DNA of 36,210 bases, taken from contig CAJVPI010000299.1 of the NCBI GenBank assembly GCA_910592345.1, positions 1 to 36,210 on the forward strand, read 5' to 3'. Of the stretch, positions 12,556-23,942 are shown in pieces. The position numbers were made by a program, and so were the translations under genes. This stretch comes from Paraglomus brasilianum (taxonomy: Eukaryota). The notes beneath the pieces were generated by a model. It did no database searches, had not been told where the DNA came from, and saw nothing but the letters and a program-made list of their open reading frames with translations. Within the stretch, counting starts at the first letter, position 1; every line of letters begins with the position of its first letter.

Positions 12556-13432
12556 TTGAGCTTGTCAGAACGAGAAGACTTCTGCCAACTAAATATTAAA
12601 ATTAATAGCAAACTTTACCAATCAACTGGCACGAATGCAACCGCAACATTTGCAGCTGACATCAACAAAAGAGATCTTACACCAACTCTACAGCTTCATC
12701 CGCTTCCCAATGCTTCCAAAGAAGCAATTTTCCTTTTACCAAAATTGCTAACGGTATGATTATATTGTTATTTGTTGCGTTTGCAGTTTGAGTTTCTAAT
12801 ACATTTTGCTATTCATAGGCTACTATTGTGGCAAACCTTGTTTTTATCGGTCTCATATTACTTGATTTTCTTTACGCCGGGTATTTAACGAACGTATTCT
12901 CAACGAGACTCGTGTCGACTTGAAATTGATGGTGAGTTTATTCCTCGACCTCAGGTTGTGGAACGCCTTAAAAAAATCATTCGGTTTACCACGTTGAGAT
13001 AGTGCGTTATGCATGTTGATACTCCGCGAATTTGGTAGCGAAATTTGGTAGAGCCCCCCTTAATTACATTCGAGCACAAAAATCTTAGGCAGCCAATTAA
13101 AGAGTTGAGGACAAATTTCCGCGTGTTACTGAACTCTGTACATAATTTTCAAGTTAAATGCATATACAGAGAAGAAGTCATCCTTTTCAGTTTTCTCAGA
13201 CATACCTGACAACATGCGAGTTTTGGAGATTGGCGCGAAGGACCTTGTAAACTTTTTGGTCCGTTCTGATCCCATTGCATGATTTTGCAGCCCCAATAAG
13301 AGAGGCCAAAATGGGAACGGACCAATTCTACATGACTTTGAGAAAAAATTCAGAACTGCACAACTTCTCCCAAAGCAATTGCATAATGAAACAGGAAAGA
13401 AAGCAATCGGCGCTTTACCATCTGATAATTAG
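12556..13432 (+). pseudogene. Deletion-eroded pseudogene of a Glomeromycotina P-loop ATPase family
   Basis: Intron GTATGA..CATAG (~12753-12819), then ordered fragments in shifting frames: ATIVANLVFIGLILLDF, RRVFNERILNET, EIDGEFIPRPQVVERLKKII, MHVDTP, MRVLEIG, ILHDFEKKFRTAQLLPKQLHNETGKKAIGAL. Family recognised from memory; no Walker A remains. Confidence 0.65.
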
Positions 13433-14440
13433 TGATTGAATTAGATGTTTACGTTGATGTGTGAATTTTTCGGGGATACAATAAAAACGTAAAGTTGAGA
13501 TTAATATAATATTATAGTTCAGTGTACTGCTAAATAAAAAAAATTCACTATTATATTTACATGCAACTACTTCTTGACATATCACCTGACTACTGCGGCA
13601 GTGAATATAGTCTAACGTTAAATATACAGTATACGATTAAAGTTTTCGTATTACGGTAACTCGCCAAATAAGCTCGTCACGGCGAATATCTGAAAACAGT
13701 CAAGTTTTGCTTCCAATTATATGATTTATCAAGCACTGCTTGAAGCTTTCAAGTCATAACACATGAGATTTCTGAAGCCGCAAAATAATTCAAAGTGAAA
13801 ATGAACCTATTTTGATCTATCTATTAGCATCGACAGATATCGTTCTTAGACAAGTCTAAAAATAAAAATTATCCCGTGGATTTCAGCATCAGCCGCGACA
13901 ATTATTACACCGACTCCAGCAAAAATGATAAAATAGATATTCAATGATGTTACAATCCGAGAAATTCTTTCGGAGCAAAAAGCAAGCTTTTACTGATGGA
14001 GACATTCGATGGAAAACGGATCTTTTGATTGTGTGTATATAGCAAAGAAACTGAATTCGGTTCTTGGTACTGTGAATACCGCAAGTTTATGAATCTTGTT
14101 CACAATATAGCAATGTGTTTAGGAAAGAATTCAACGTAACATGCGAGCTTTTACTTGATCGATGATACGACAGTAAACCAATGACTAATCCAAATTCTTA
14201 ACGAATAGCTGGATCTTCATTAACTCTTGTATTTGAATAATTAAAAAAACATGTCGGCAAGAAAACAAATCTCTTAAGACTTCATGCTGACGGCGACGTT
14301 TTTGTAACGCTTTTCACGTAACTCCAATGTTATATTAACCCATTTCGTCCATATGTAGCGACCCTGCAACCCATAGCGAGACATAGACACAGCGAGACAC
14401 ACCTATTATATGTGAGAAACACATTGTTCATCCATGTCTA

Positions 14441-16343
14441 TCAAGCATCTGCTATTGCGCTATTCCGGCATTCATCCTTAATTTTCGGGTTCTGCTTATG
14501 CCTCTTCAGTGCATCTAACCTAAAAAGGAGCAAAAAAGGATCGTGTCAAAAAAAAAAAAAGGGTAGTAATAAGAGAATCGCGTCCGCTTACATTCGCTTA
14601 CCTTGAAAACAATTTCCCACATCCGACACATAGATAAGGCTTTGCATTCTGGTGTATTTTCTGATGCCTCTTGAGATCGTGATTACGAGAAAATGCTGTA
14701 TTACACGTATCACACCTAAACGGTCGTTCATCCGTATGAGTTCGCTGGTGAGACTTTAGATTGTACAAGCGAGCAAAGCTCTTTCCACATCCGGGATACA
14801 GACACGCATATCCGTTATGTTGCATTTTCTGTTTATTCCCTCCAATAGCGTTATTAAAGTTGTCAATGTCGTGAACGACATCAATGCCATCCCTGTTTAT
14901 TATGGCCATTACAGTAGACTCGTTCTCACATTCATTCATTTCAGACGGATTGTCCATCGACAACTGCCTACGTCGCCTGTATAAACGAGGACTGCTCGGT
15001 GATATATTTACAGACTCTACCATTTGTTCGTGGGACCTTTGCATTCCCGACATGCCATGCGCAGAGTTCGATGCTATCAAATAGCTCGTTGAATCGTTAA
15101 TATACTGAATCTCGGAATATCCTTCGTTCGCTCCATTAAATAAGATTGATGTGGCAGGACCTACTCCGTCCATAAACATATTTCCGGTGAACGACTCTCC
15201 GTTGATAGAATCATATCTCTCAGTAGTTCCATTATTTACAACTTCATTGTCTTCTCTTGTCCTTTTACACGTCCTCATGAATTGCTTACTAGATAAATTT
15301 GTTGCCGCGTCGTCTGGTGCAATAGACTGTCTGTCCGTTTCCATTCTGTATTGCCCATCTGCGTCCATATTACTCCAACCAAGAAGTATCGCGCTCGCAT
15401 CCTGTAATAGTGACATTGATTCCGTACTTGGCTGTAATCCAGCTGTCTCCATTTGGCAACGTCCGTTCGATCTACTGTTGCTAATATTATTAATAGGAGT
15501 ACCGTCATACCTAGTTAAATTGTTCTCATTATCATCGTCCTTGTAATCAGTACCATTGGCAATTTCATACCTACTTATCATTGTCCCATTCTCATCTTTA
15601 TTTCTCGTTGTAATTCCATCTGCTACTCTATTCATTAAACCATTGTCCAATTGATCATTTTCACTGTCACAGCCAAAAACTGCCACATCGTTCCATATAT
15701 TGCATTCACCATCCTCCGCTCTTTTGTCCTTCGATTCCATTCGTTCAATTACACAACACCCGTCCACCAACTCTCTTTTCGGCGTCTCGGTTGACTGACT
15801 TCTCGCGAAAGAACGCGTAGAATGCATCCCTGATGCAACATCCCCAACCAATGTGGCAATCGTGGTATCACTCTCGTCACTCACGTCTGAAACACTCTTG
15901 TTCACGTCTTCTATCGATTCTGATGATTTCTCTTCGGGAACATGTCCAAGGCCAAGCAGCTGCAACACCTGAGCTGCAGCCGTCTGTTCTTCCAAGTCGT
16001 CTATCTGCTCACGTCTCCTCGTTTCATCATCCTTCTTTCCGTCGTCATCGGTATTTGATGGCAATTTAGAGTTCATCAATGGAGGAGAATTCTTATTCCT
16101 TATTTTATTTATAGCCGGTAAGTGGTTATCATCAGGCATTGATTCGTGTTGTAAATGTACGTTTTCATCCACAGATGGATCAAGAACTGATGCGTCTCGT
16201 CGTTTTTTGACGGATCTAATAGCAGAACTCTGTCCTTGTTTACCTAATGGAATATCGACATTGCCACTGCCACTCGGCATGGTGGCGAAATCTTGAAAAA
16301 GGTTCGTTTCGATCCACGCACTTATAGTCTGACTCGGCGGCAT
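14441..16343 (-). CDS. C2H2 zinc-finger transcription factor (Crz1-like finger array)
   Basis: Exons 16343-14602 and 14519-14441. Fingers CLYPGCGKSFARLYNLKSHQRTH-TDERPF-RCDTCNTAFSRNHDLKRHQKIH-QNAKPY-LCVGCGKLFSR|LDALKRHKQNPKIKDEC (third finger C2HC type); long low-complexity N-terminus. The true start could lie further upstream. Confidence 0.88.
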
Positions 16344-17431
16344 GCCTCTCCCACCCTCAATACTTGATGATAATGACGACAGCTCGATATTTTCAAATAG
16401 GCAGGTCGTATATTAGGAAGGCTATCGCTACTCCCTTACAGAATTAATTATAAGAAAACCGTTAACTATCGCGAGAAACTTTTAAAGAAAACCGTAAACA
16501 AATAAGTGATCGTGACAAATATTAATTGTTCAACATATGACTATACAAATTGCAGACGTGCAAATCTGTGTATAAGCGCCTCGATAATACTATTTCGTCA
16601 AATTCGCGACGAAATCTGTCATGCAGCAAGATCACTCCGAGGATGCAGTAAGAGACAGTATTATATTTTTATTAGAGTGGAAAAATATACGGTTTATATA
16701 TGTTTACATGAACGGCTTAGTATAAAGGAGGCTTGGCTGTGGCTTTACATTTCACAAAACTGGCATAGTAGTCATAAGGCACGTGACACGAACAAAGCAC
16801 AGCGTTGTGGATATAATGGACATAGATAAAAACAGCTGAAACTGGGCTTTAGCGAGCACCTCGTTGTGAATAAAAGTTCCTCGCGATAGATATAATTGAC
16901 AGCGAAGATTGATCGTTTTACAAGTTTGAGTTCTATGAATACACACTCAAATACCAGATATTAGTTTACTAGAAAAAACATTACCGCCTTATCTAATAAA
17001 TGTTGGTACGTCTTATCTCCCTTTAACATTAACAAATCAGTTTTGTCAAGCAATTGTTTCTCGACTAGAGATGTTACTTTCAACGCTGTCTTATCATATT
17101 TTCCGCCGTATAGGTCTCATGAATAAAACCGCAAACTTTAAACGAAGAGTGAAGGGGGAATTATAAACATATTCTTCAAATAACGCAGTTAGTTTTATTC
17201 TCAGGTTTACGATCTCATTCAAGATAATGATAAAAATTTATTATTTCCCGCTTTACAAGTTCGAGTACGCAGGTTAATGCGCCAATTCACTAGTACTAGT
17301 GACATTGCTTTAATTTTATCACCTGACACTGAAACCGAAGAAAGCAATTCTTTGGTCTCCAGATTGCTGGTGCTCAGGTGACTATCCAACGAACGTCAAA
17401 AAAAAAAGAAAAACAGAGTTCTTATTAATTA

Positions 17432-17896
17432 CAGTGTTTAAGAAAAAAATTGGCCTCCTCTTTTTTTGCCATAAAAGCGTTTCAATATTAACATGTGATG
17501 GCTTGTTCGAAAGTTACAAAGCAAGGCTTTAACTGGTAATATATTAATAATTGATTCGTTCACCATTATTATTACTTGCTGACAAAAATAATGTTTGTCA
17601 AAAATTATCCAGAATATTTTTTCGCCTGTCTGTCACATATTGCTGCAGTATTAAGATTTTCAATAGGATTAAGGTCTGAACTATTAGAAGGCCAATCCAT
17701 AACCTCAGAGGGATTTTTTTTTTTTAAAAAAAAACTCCTTGGCTACTCAGCTTATATTAGGCCATTACCCTGTTAAAATCTCCATCCACTTCCAAGTACA
17801 TTATTTCCTGATTTCTGGAAGATGCTCCTCCAAACTTTCCATGATGCATGATTGTGCAAATAAATTTTACAGGCCAATTTTTTTCTTAACACACTG
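17432..17896 (-). mobile_element. Non-autonomous Tc1/mariner deletion derivative (465 bp)
   Basis: TIRs CAGTGT-TTAAGAAAAAAATTGGCCT and its reverse complement (one indel), TA on both sides (17430-31, 17897-98). Internal minus-strand remnant LEEHLPEI...GWRF*QGN...VAKEF...EVMDWPSNSSDLNPIENL matches the Tc1 DD34E C-terminus (WPxxSPDLNPIENLW). Confidence 0.9.
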
Positions 17897-19364
17897 TACT
17901 AGTACGTGAGCTTGGACTATAAATTTAGAGTCGAAGATTGGTTTTCTAGCAGACAATAGCCTAAAACACACACAGTCAGTCTCGATACAGGGACTGACCG
18001 ACTTAATTCTAGTAATTGAAGACATTTAATTAAACGTTCCATTATGAATATAATTACATCGTAAAATATAGCTCGTCTCAGAGAAGCTATTTGCCTTTTT
18101 TTATCTGACACAAATATATTTACGCTTAAACATTCGATTCGGTTACTAGTCGATCCAATGATATTGATTCTTTCTAATTTAACTTTAGTTGTCGCAAGCT
18201 TCATTAACTATTTCACGAGACGGAAGGGATAACAAATACTTGTTTACATTAAAAGTCTTAGCAAATATACTGTATAATAATAACGTGAAGCATTTGCGCT
18301 TTACAATTGTGTGATATGCGTTTAATCACATGCTTTAATGTATTGTTACGTGATTGTAATGCTTTGAGATAAATGTTTACCCGATCTGATTATAATTTAA
18401 TAACGTGTTCGGTTACGATACTGATAACACATTTATGGAGTGTTCGTTCATACGATGCTAATAAAGACCATACACCCGTACGAGTTGCGATACACTAGTT
18501 AAATTGAATTACTTGTGTTATTAATTCAAACGTAACATTAGTCGGCACAATCGTAGAAATATTTAATTTCACCAAGTCGTAATACTAGAATCAAATACAT
18601 ATTTTTGATGTAGTAACGGTTGGCACAAAAATGTCGGACTGAAAAAATTTTGACGGAAATAAAAAGAAGACATTAGAAACATTTGAAGAGAGCAATTATT
18701 CAAAAAGACCACTTTACACAACGCGTTATATTTTAACCCTTTATTATATTAATTACTGGAAGTTTGAAGAGTAGAGTTACTAAAGAATGACAAGGTATCA
18801 ACAATGTACGGTTCGAGGAACATAGAGCAAAGCGGATAAGATATAGCTTCGTAGCTTTCCATATCCATTAAGAATGAGAATGAGAAGAATATAATACGTG
18901 CCATACAGAGGGGGTTTTTCTGGCATAATGAGGATTAAAATCGGTATAAGTGCTATTTCTGCATGCCCGTGTTAATAACATCGAACTTTAACGGTAAGAA
19001 GATACAGTAGTCCTTTTCCCAACTTTCGAATACGTCAATTTTCCCTAATTAGTTCCTGAAACTAAATGCGCTGATGATCTGTAACTGACTATCAATCACA
19101 TTTAGTTAAATTCCGAGAGCGAAAAATATCGTTATGTCGTTATGTCCATGAATAATAAGTCTCTGCTACCACTTCAACAAGCCGTATACTATTAGGTCGG
19201 CCGGTTGGCAGTACTGTATATTTCATCCCTTCACGGCTCTGTAGGAGTTGACATAAATCTATGTTGTGTCCATTTGTTCCCAATTTTTATTACCGTTACC
19301 TAAATTAGATATCCAACCCCAAATTTGGAAAGGGAGAAAATCGGCACAGAAACAGGGACATGAA

Positions 19365-22300
19365 ATGAAAAGTATGTCGATTGACAATCAAACATTAGCG
19401 ACTATACTGTACAATGGCGTATGAGGTATAGGAAAGCAACACATACGAGACACACTAGTATTTATTTATTAATTCTTACATGTTACTTTGTAGGCAACCG
19501 AAAACTCAATTCGCTTTTCTATTACGGCTGACTCGGTGAGTTCTAGCTCAACAACCAGCTATAAGTCACCGACAGCAACTGCGACTAGTGCTCCCTTGAT
19601 GACGTTTTCTACATCAACACTGAGCAATACTTTAAATCAAGGCAGTTTTCCTAAAATAATGCTTCAATTAGTGGAGCAAGGGTTTATGTCAGTAGACGCA
19701 CAAATAAAGGAATTGTTAATAGGCTTGAAATATTCAGAGAATATTTATGCACTTAAATACATTCTCGAACATAAAGGAGAATCCGTGTCAATAGATGTAT
19801 TAGATACAGCTTTGAAGTGTCTATGTTCTCAAGAGTTTGATGATATGTTTTCAGGAGAAACAGCCATTAAGTTGGAATGGCAATTACGAATCATTACAAC
19901 TGTACTGGAGCAAATGTGTCAGAATGAGTGTCAATTTACATGCCATTTTCTTGATGGTATTAGACAGGCCACTTCTATGTACAAGAAGGCACATTCAAGG
20001 ATTATGCAGCATGGAGGAGAAACTTGGAAACCTAAATTTACAGGATCTAATGAATCAGATAAAACTCTCAAAAGCTTCAAGTGCAATTACAATACTAGAT
20101 ACCTTATCAAACTCATTAAGAATACATTAAACACTGTTTGTAATGATAAAAACCAGTATCAGACAAATGTTGATCGAGCTATTGCAGCATTAAAAGGTTT
20201 TCTTGTTGCTGTTCCTGGATTGGCTAAAATTGGGATTAAATTCTTTACAGGAGTTGATGTTCCTCTTGGTGATTTTGACATACAGAGATCCTGGAAGTAT
20301 TTTACAGAAGCATTTCATGTTGAATCATCAGGCAAGCTGTGGTATGCAACATGGAGACAACTCATGATGCTACAAGATAGTCTTGATAAATGGTATCAAG
20401 AAAAAGATTCTAACATCTCAACGAGTTTTAAAGAAAGAATACTTCTTGAGTATCTCTGGTATCATACCAGTTTATGTTATGCTGAAAATGCAGCAAAGAA
20501 TCAGAATGTTAGTGAGGAGCTCTGGTTTGGCATTTTAGATATTATCCAGCAGCTTATCCAGAAAACGTTTTCTACAACTACACAAGCTATTTGTTATTAC
20601 ATAGCATTAGACTCATTGAATAATGGAGTCACAAATTTTATTCAATTTAAATCAATTGAAGTGTTGTTGAGTCTTGAAGCCAAAAATAATGAATTGTTTG
20701 TTACAACACCTGACGATATTGCTAACTGTGATGAGGAACATATACCAAGCTTGGTTAGCATATACTATTATCTGAAAAAGAAATTAGAAGTTGAATCAAA
20801 AATGATTTCAAAGTACTCACCTGACAAAATAATGACAAGTGCTCAGAATAGTAAGCAACAAGATGAAGGGAAAGGGAAAGGGAAATGTGTTGAGAGAAAC
20901 CCAATTGACTATATTGCAGAAGATCTAACTTGTACTATTGTTTGTGAAGCAGTTGGTGACTTTTACCAGCTTAATTGCCAACATATTATTAGTTCAAATG
21001 CTCTTTTATCATTAACCAACCTAGAGTGCCCATACTGCAGAAGTGAAATTAAAAGGGATAAGGTATATTATTTGCCACAACAAACAATATACAATAATGT
21101 TCGACATTATATTACACACACTGATCATCAAATCATTTATAATGCCAGTGCTGGAAACAATACAGATACAAAGATATTTGATGAGTGTGATGATCTAAAA
21201 AAACAAAAAAGAAAAAACAGAGCAAGAAAGCATGTCTCTACATTTATCTCAAGTTCATTTTGGAAATTGTTAACAGCACCAAATATAGACAAGTTGTTTC
21301 AAAAAGCTATAATGGCATATAAAATTATGAGGTTGAAAATGGCTTTAAACATTTATACACAAATATTACAAGTTGATCCTACAAATTATATGGCACTGTG
21401 TAATAGAGCAATGATCAAGTTAGATATGAAAAATTTTGGGAAAGCAGTGTTTGATATTGAGACAGCAATTGAAGTAAACAATATTTATGATGATGCTTGG
21501 TACTTAAGTTTAACAGCACATAGGATTAGGAAATAAGAAAGAAGCTGAACAAGATATTGGGCATATTAGTCATCCATTTATACAAGAAAAGGCATTTAGT
21601 GTAATTTATTATAAATTTGTAAAGAAATGTGAGCATTTTGATGTGGAATGGTTTAAAATTCTTGTAGATAGCTGTCCTTACAAAGCAATGTTTGGTTTAA
21701 AGAATGTCAATCAATGGCAGTCACTGTGTAATAAGTATGGAGATGATTACACCAGATGGTGTAATACTGCTGTACCTTGGTATAAAAAATATAACAATAC
21801 TCCGCATAATTATAAGCATACAAATGCATTTTTTGAAAAAGTTTACCATATGCATAAAAGTAAGTGTCACATTCGATTGTATAAATTTATATATTATATG
21901 CATATTAAATACTTTATATTTGTTATTGTTAGATCATCTGAAAGCACATTTTGCATTTGAAAGTCATGTTGAAGATACTGATAAATACAACAGGTAAGTA
22001 ATTATAATAACCATTTGTTTGAAATAATGTTATTACTAACATGTATTATTTAATAGTCATTTTGATTTGGGATATTTGCACTGTTATGGGAATAATAAAG
22101 TAAGTGTTTAATCATCACTATAATGGTTTAAAGTTGTATAGCACTATGATTAGCTAATAGTCAATTATATATTAGTTAACAATACCCCTATTCCGAGTAC
22201 CTCCAAATAGATACAAACTCAGCATTTTGTTGTACCATAAGGGAGAGTCAGGGATAATCACAATTGTAGTAAGTATCAGATAAGTATTGTTGATTACAGC

Positions 22301-22711
22301 TTAATTTAGTGATAATATGAACATTTGATTTTGTAGATAACGATAAAAACATCAACTGAAGTAATACGATATAACACAGTCATTCGACATGATAATGAAG
22401 GCAAATATACTGAATACATTTTACCATGCGCGATTAATGTTTTGTCTGAAGATGACATTATTATAAAATTTGCTATCGGTTGTGTAAGTGTGGTTTATTT
22501 ATTCATCGACTTGGTGTAAAATGTATTCGATTGTTCTAACTTTAGCTCTATTTAGTCAATAGCCGATCTTTATTGGGTTTGTTTATATTCGGAAGAAAAG
22601 TTAGATAATATGGAAAGTAACTTGAAAATTGAAACATTTCCAACTGGTATAAAAATAATTGGTTATGAGCAATATCTTTATCCTAATAGGACACATTCTA
22701 TATATTATTAA
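19365..22711 (+). CDS. Helical N-terminal domain, degenerate RING, TPR and C-terminal beta-rich module; carries one frameshift (~21525)
   Basis: Short first exon (19365/19374-19418, or 19414-19425), large exon 19494-21859, then 21933-21993, 22057-22099, 22176-22268, 22337-22483, 22556-22711 (TAA). RING-like EDLTCTIVC..LNCQH..ECPYCR (~20920-21040); TPRs at ~21290-21560. The frame breaks in the third TPR and resumes as LGNKKEAEQDI in the frame of ORF 21643-21960. Confidence 0.8.
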
Positions 22712-22948
22712 CGCGAATATTGCTGGGCGAGATATTGCATTGTATGTTGTTGTCCTCATTATCACGCGTACGTGACATTATTATTAAATTATTAAATTAT
22801 CGTTATTGTTATGTCTCTTCGCCCAAACACTATTCAAGTTGTTACGAAAACCTCCCCCATTTTATCCGCATATCAATGTCCTTGTCTATACCACAAATTG
22901 ATTTATGTGTTGCGTATGTCGTATATAAATTCCGGATTATATATCATA

Positions 22949-23550
22949 CAGTAAAGTCCGCTTATCGAAGGTCCGGTTTAACGAAGATGGCCTTATAACG
23001 AATTATTTTATGGAACCGATTCATTCATGTATGTTTAGCTCCCGGCTGAACGAAGATTTATAATTATAATCTGTATAACGATCTAACGAAGAAATTTCAA
23101 ACCCACTAATAAAATATACCATTCGATTAAACAAAGTTTTCATAAATTAACATTAAATGTCGAAATGTTGGCGCATAACAAAGCGCGGTTTAATATCATG
23201 ACGTGCGGTTTATATTAATATGGAGATTTGAGCAACACACTAAATGCATGTAATATTCCTCGCCCATTCAGGTTGCAAACGATTGTGAGCTCACCATCGT
23301 TAGATAGAGAATCTTCTTCCAAAAAACGTCCCCGAGCTATTGCTATAGACAGGCATTGTTCCGAATCAAAGAAACTACGTAAGATGGTGTAGAACAAATG
23401 TAGAGAAGTAATAGAAAAGTAAATAAATAAATCTCGTTTAACGAAGTTCACGTGATCCTATATGAAAATTCGTTATAGTATATAGAGATAGCGTTTGCTT
23501 TAACGAAGTTATTTGGCGGAACAAAGCTCTTCGTTAAGCGGACTTTACTA
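22949..23550. mobile_element. pogo/Tigger-like non-autonomous TIR element (602 bp)
   Basis: 22-bp TIRs CAGTAAAGTCCGCTTATCGAAG and CTTCGTTAAGCGGACTTTACTA (2 mismatches), TA before the left end, and many subterminal (T)TAACGAAG motifs near both ends. The right TSD is not intact. Confidence 0.82.
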
Positions 23551-23942
23551 ACAACACTCTGCGTAATTACAAGATACAAAGGCGTTCTATGAAAAAGTAT
23601 ACTATATTAATATGCACAAAAGTAAGGGGTTACACTTGATTGCATGAATTTATATATTATTATGCATATTTAATATTAATTACTTTATATTTATTATTAT
23701 TATTATAGGTCATCTAAAAGCACATTCTGCATTTGAAAGTCACATTGAAAATAGGATTAGATGTGAGGAGTAAGTAATTGATAATAATACATATTGTTAT
23801 AAAAATATTGTTACTAATGTTTATTATTTAATAGTTATTTATTTAGGGAATATTTGTACCTTACTGGATCCAATAAGTAAGTGGTTAATTATCAATACAA
23901 TATAAATAGTCTAACGCTTTGTACAATGTTGTGAATATTAAT
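23551..23942 (+). pseudogene. Partial third copy of the module gene (end of large exon, exon A, exon B)
   Basis: 23551-23708 aligns to 21793-21932. Exon A 23709-23769, intron 23770-23834 (62/65 identical to 2280-2344), exon B 23835-23876 (42 nt, out of phase). Homology ends mid-intron at ~23942. Confidence 0.85.

Noticed and set aside
14884..16069. Several ORFs overlapping the zinc-finger gene (likewise 25478-26714, 29681-30167, 4916-5140)
   Set aside because: Antisense or alternative-frame shadows of longer genes with no motifs of their own.
14441..16343. Naming the zinc-finger gene CRZ1
   Set aside because: This finger type is shared by several paralogues, and I saw no clear serine-rich or calcineurin-docking region.
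17331..17381. CCGAAGAAAGCAA...CTCAGGTGA resembles parts of a glycine riboswitch
   Set aside because: The GGAGA element and P1-P3 layout are missing and the context is eukaryotic intergenic DNA; kept only as a generic hairpin.
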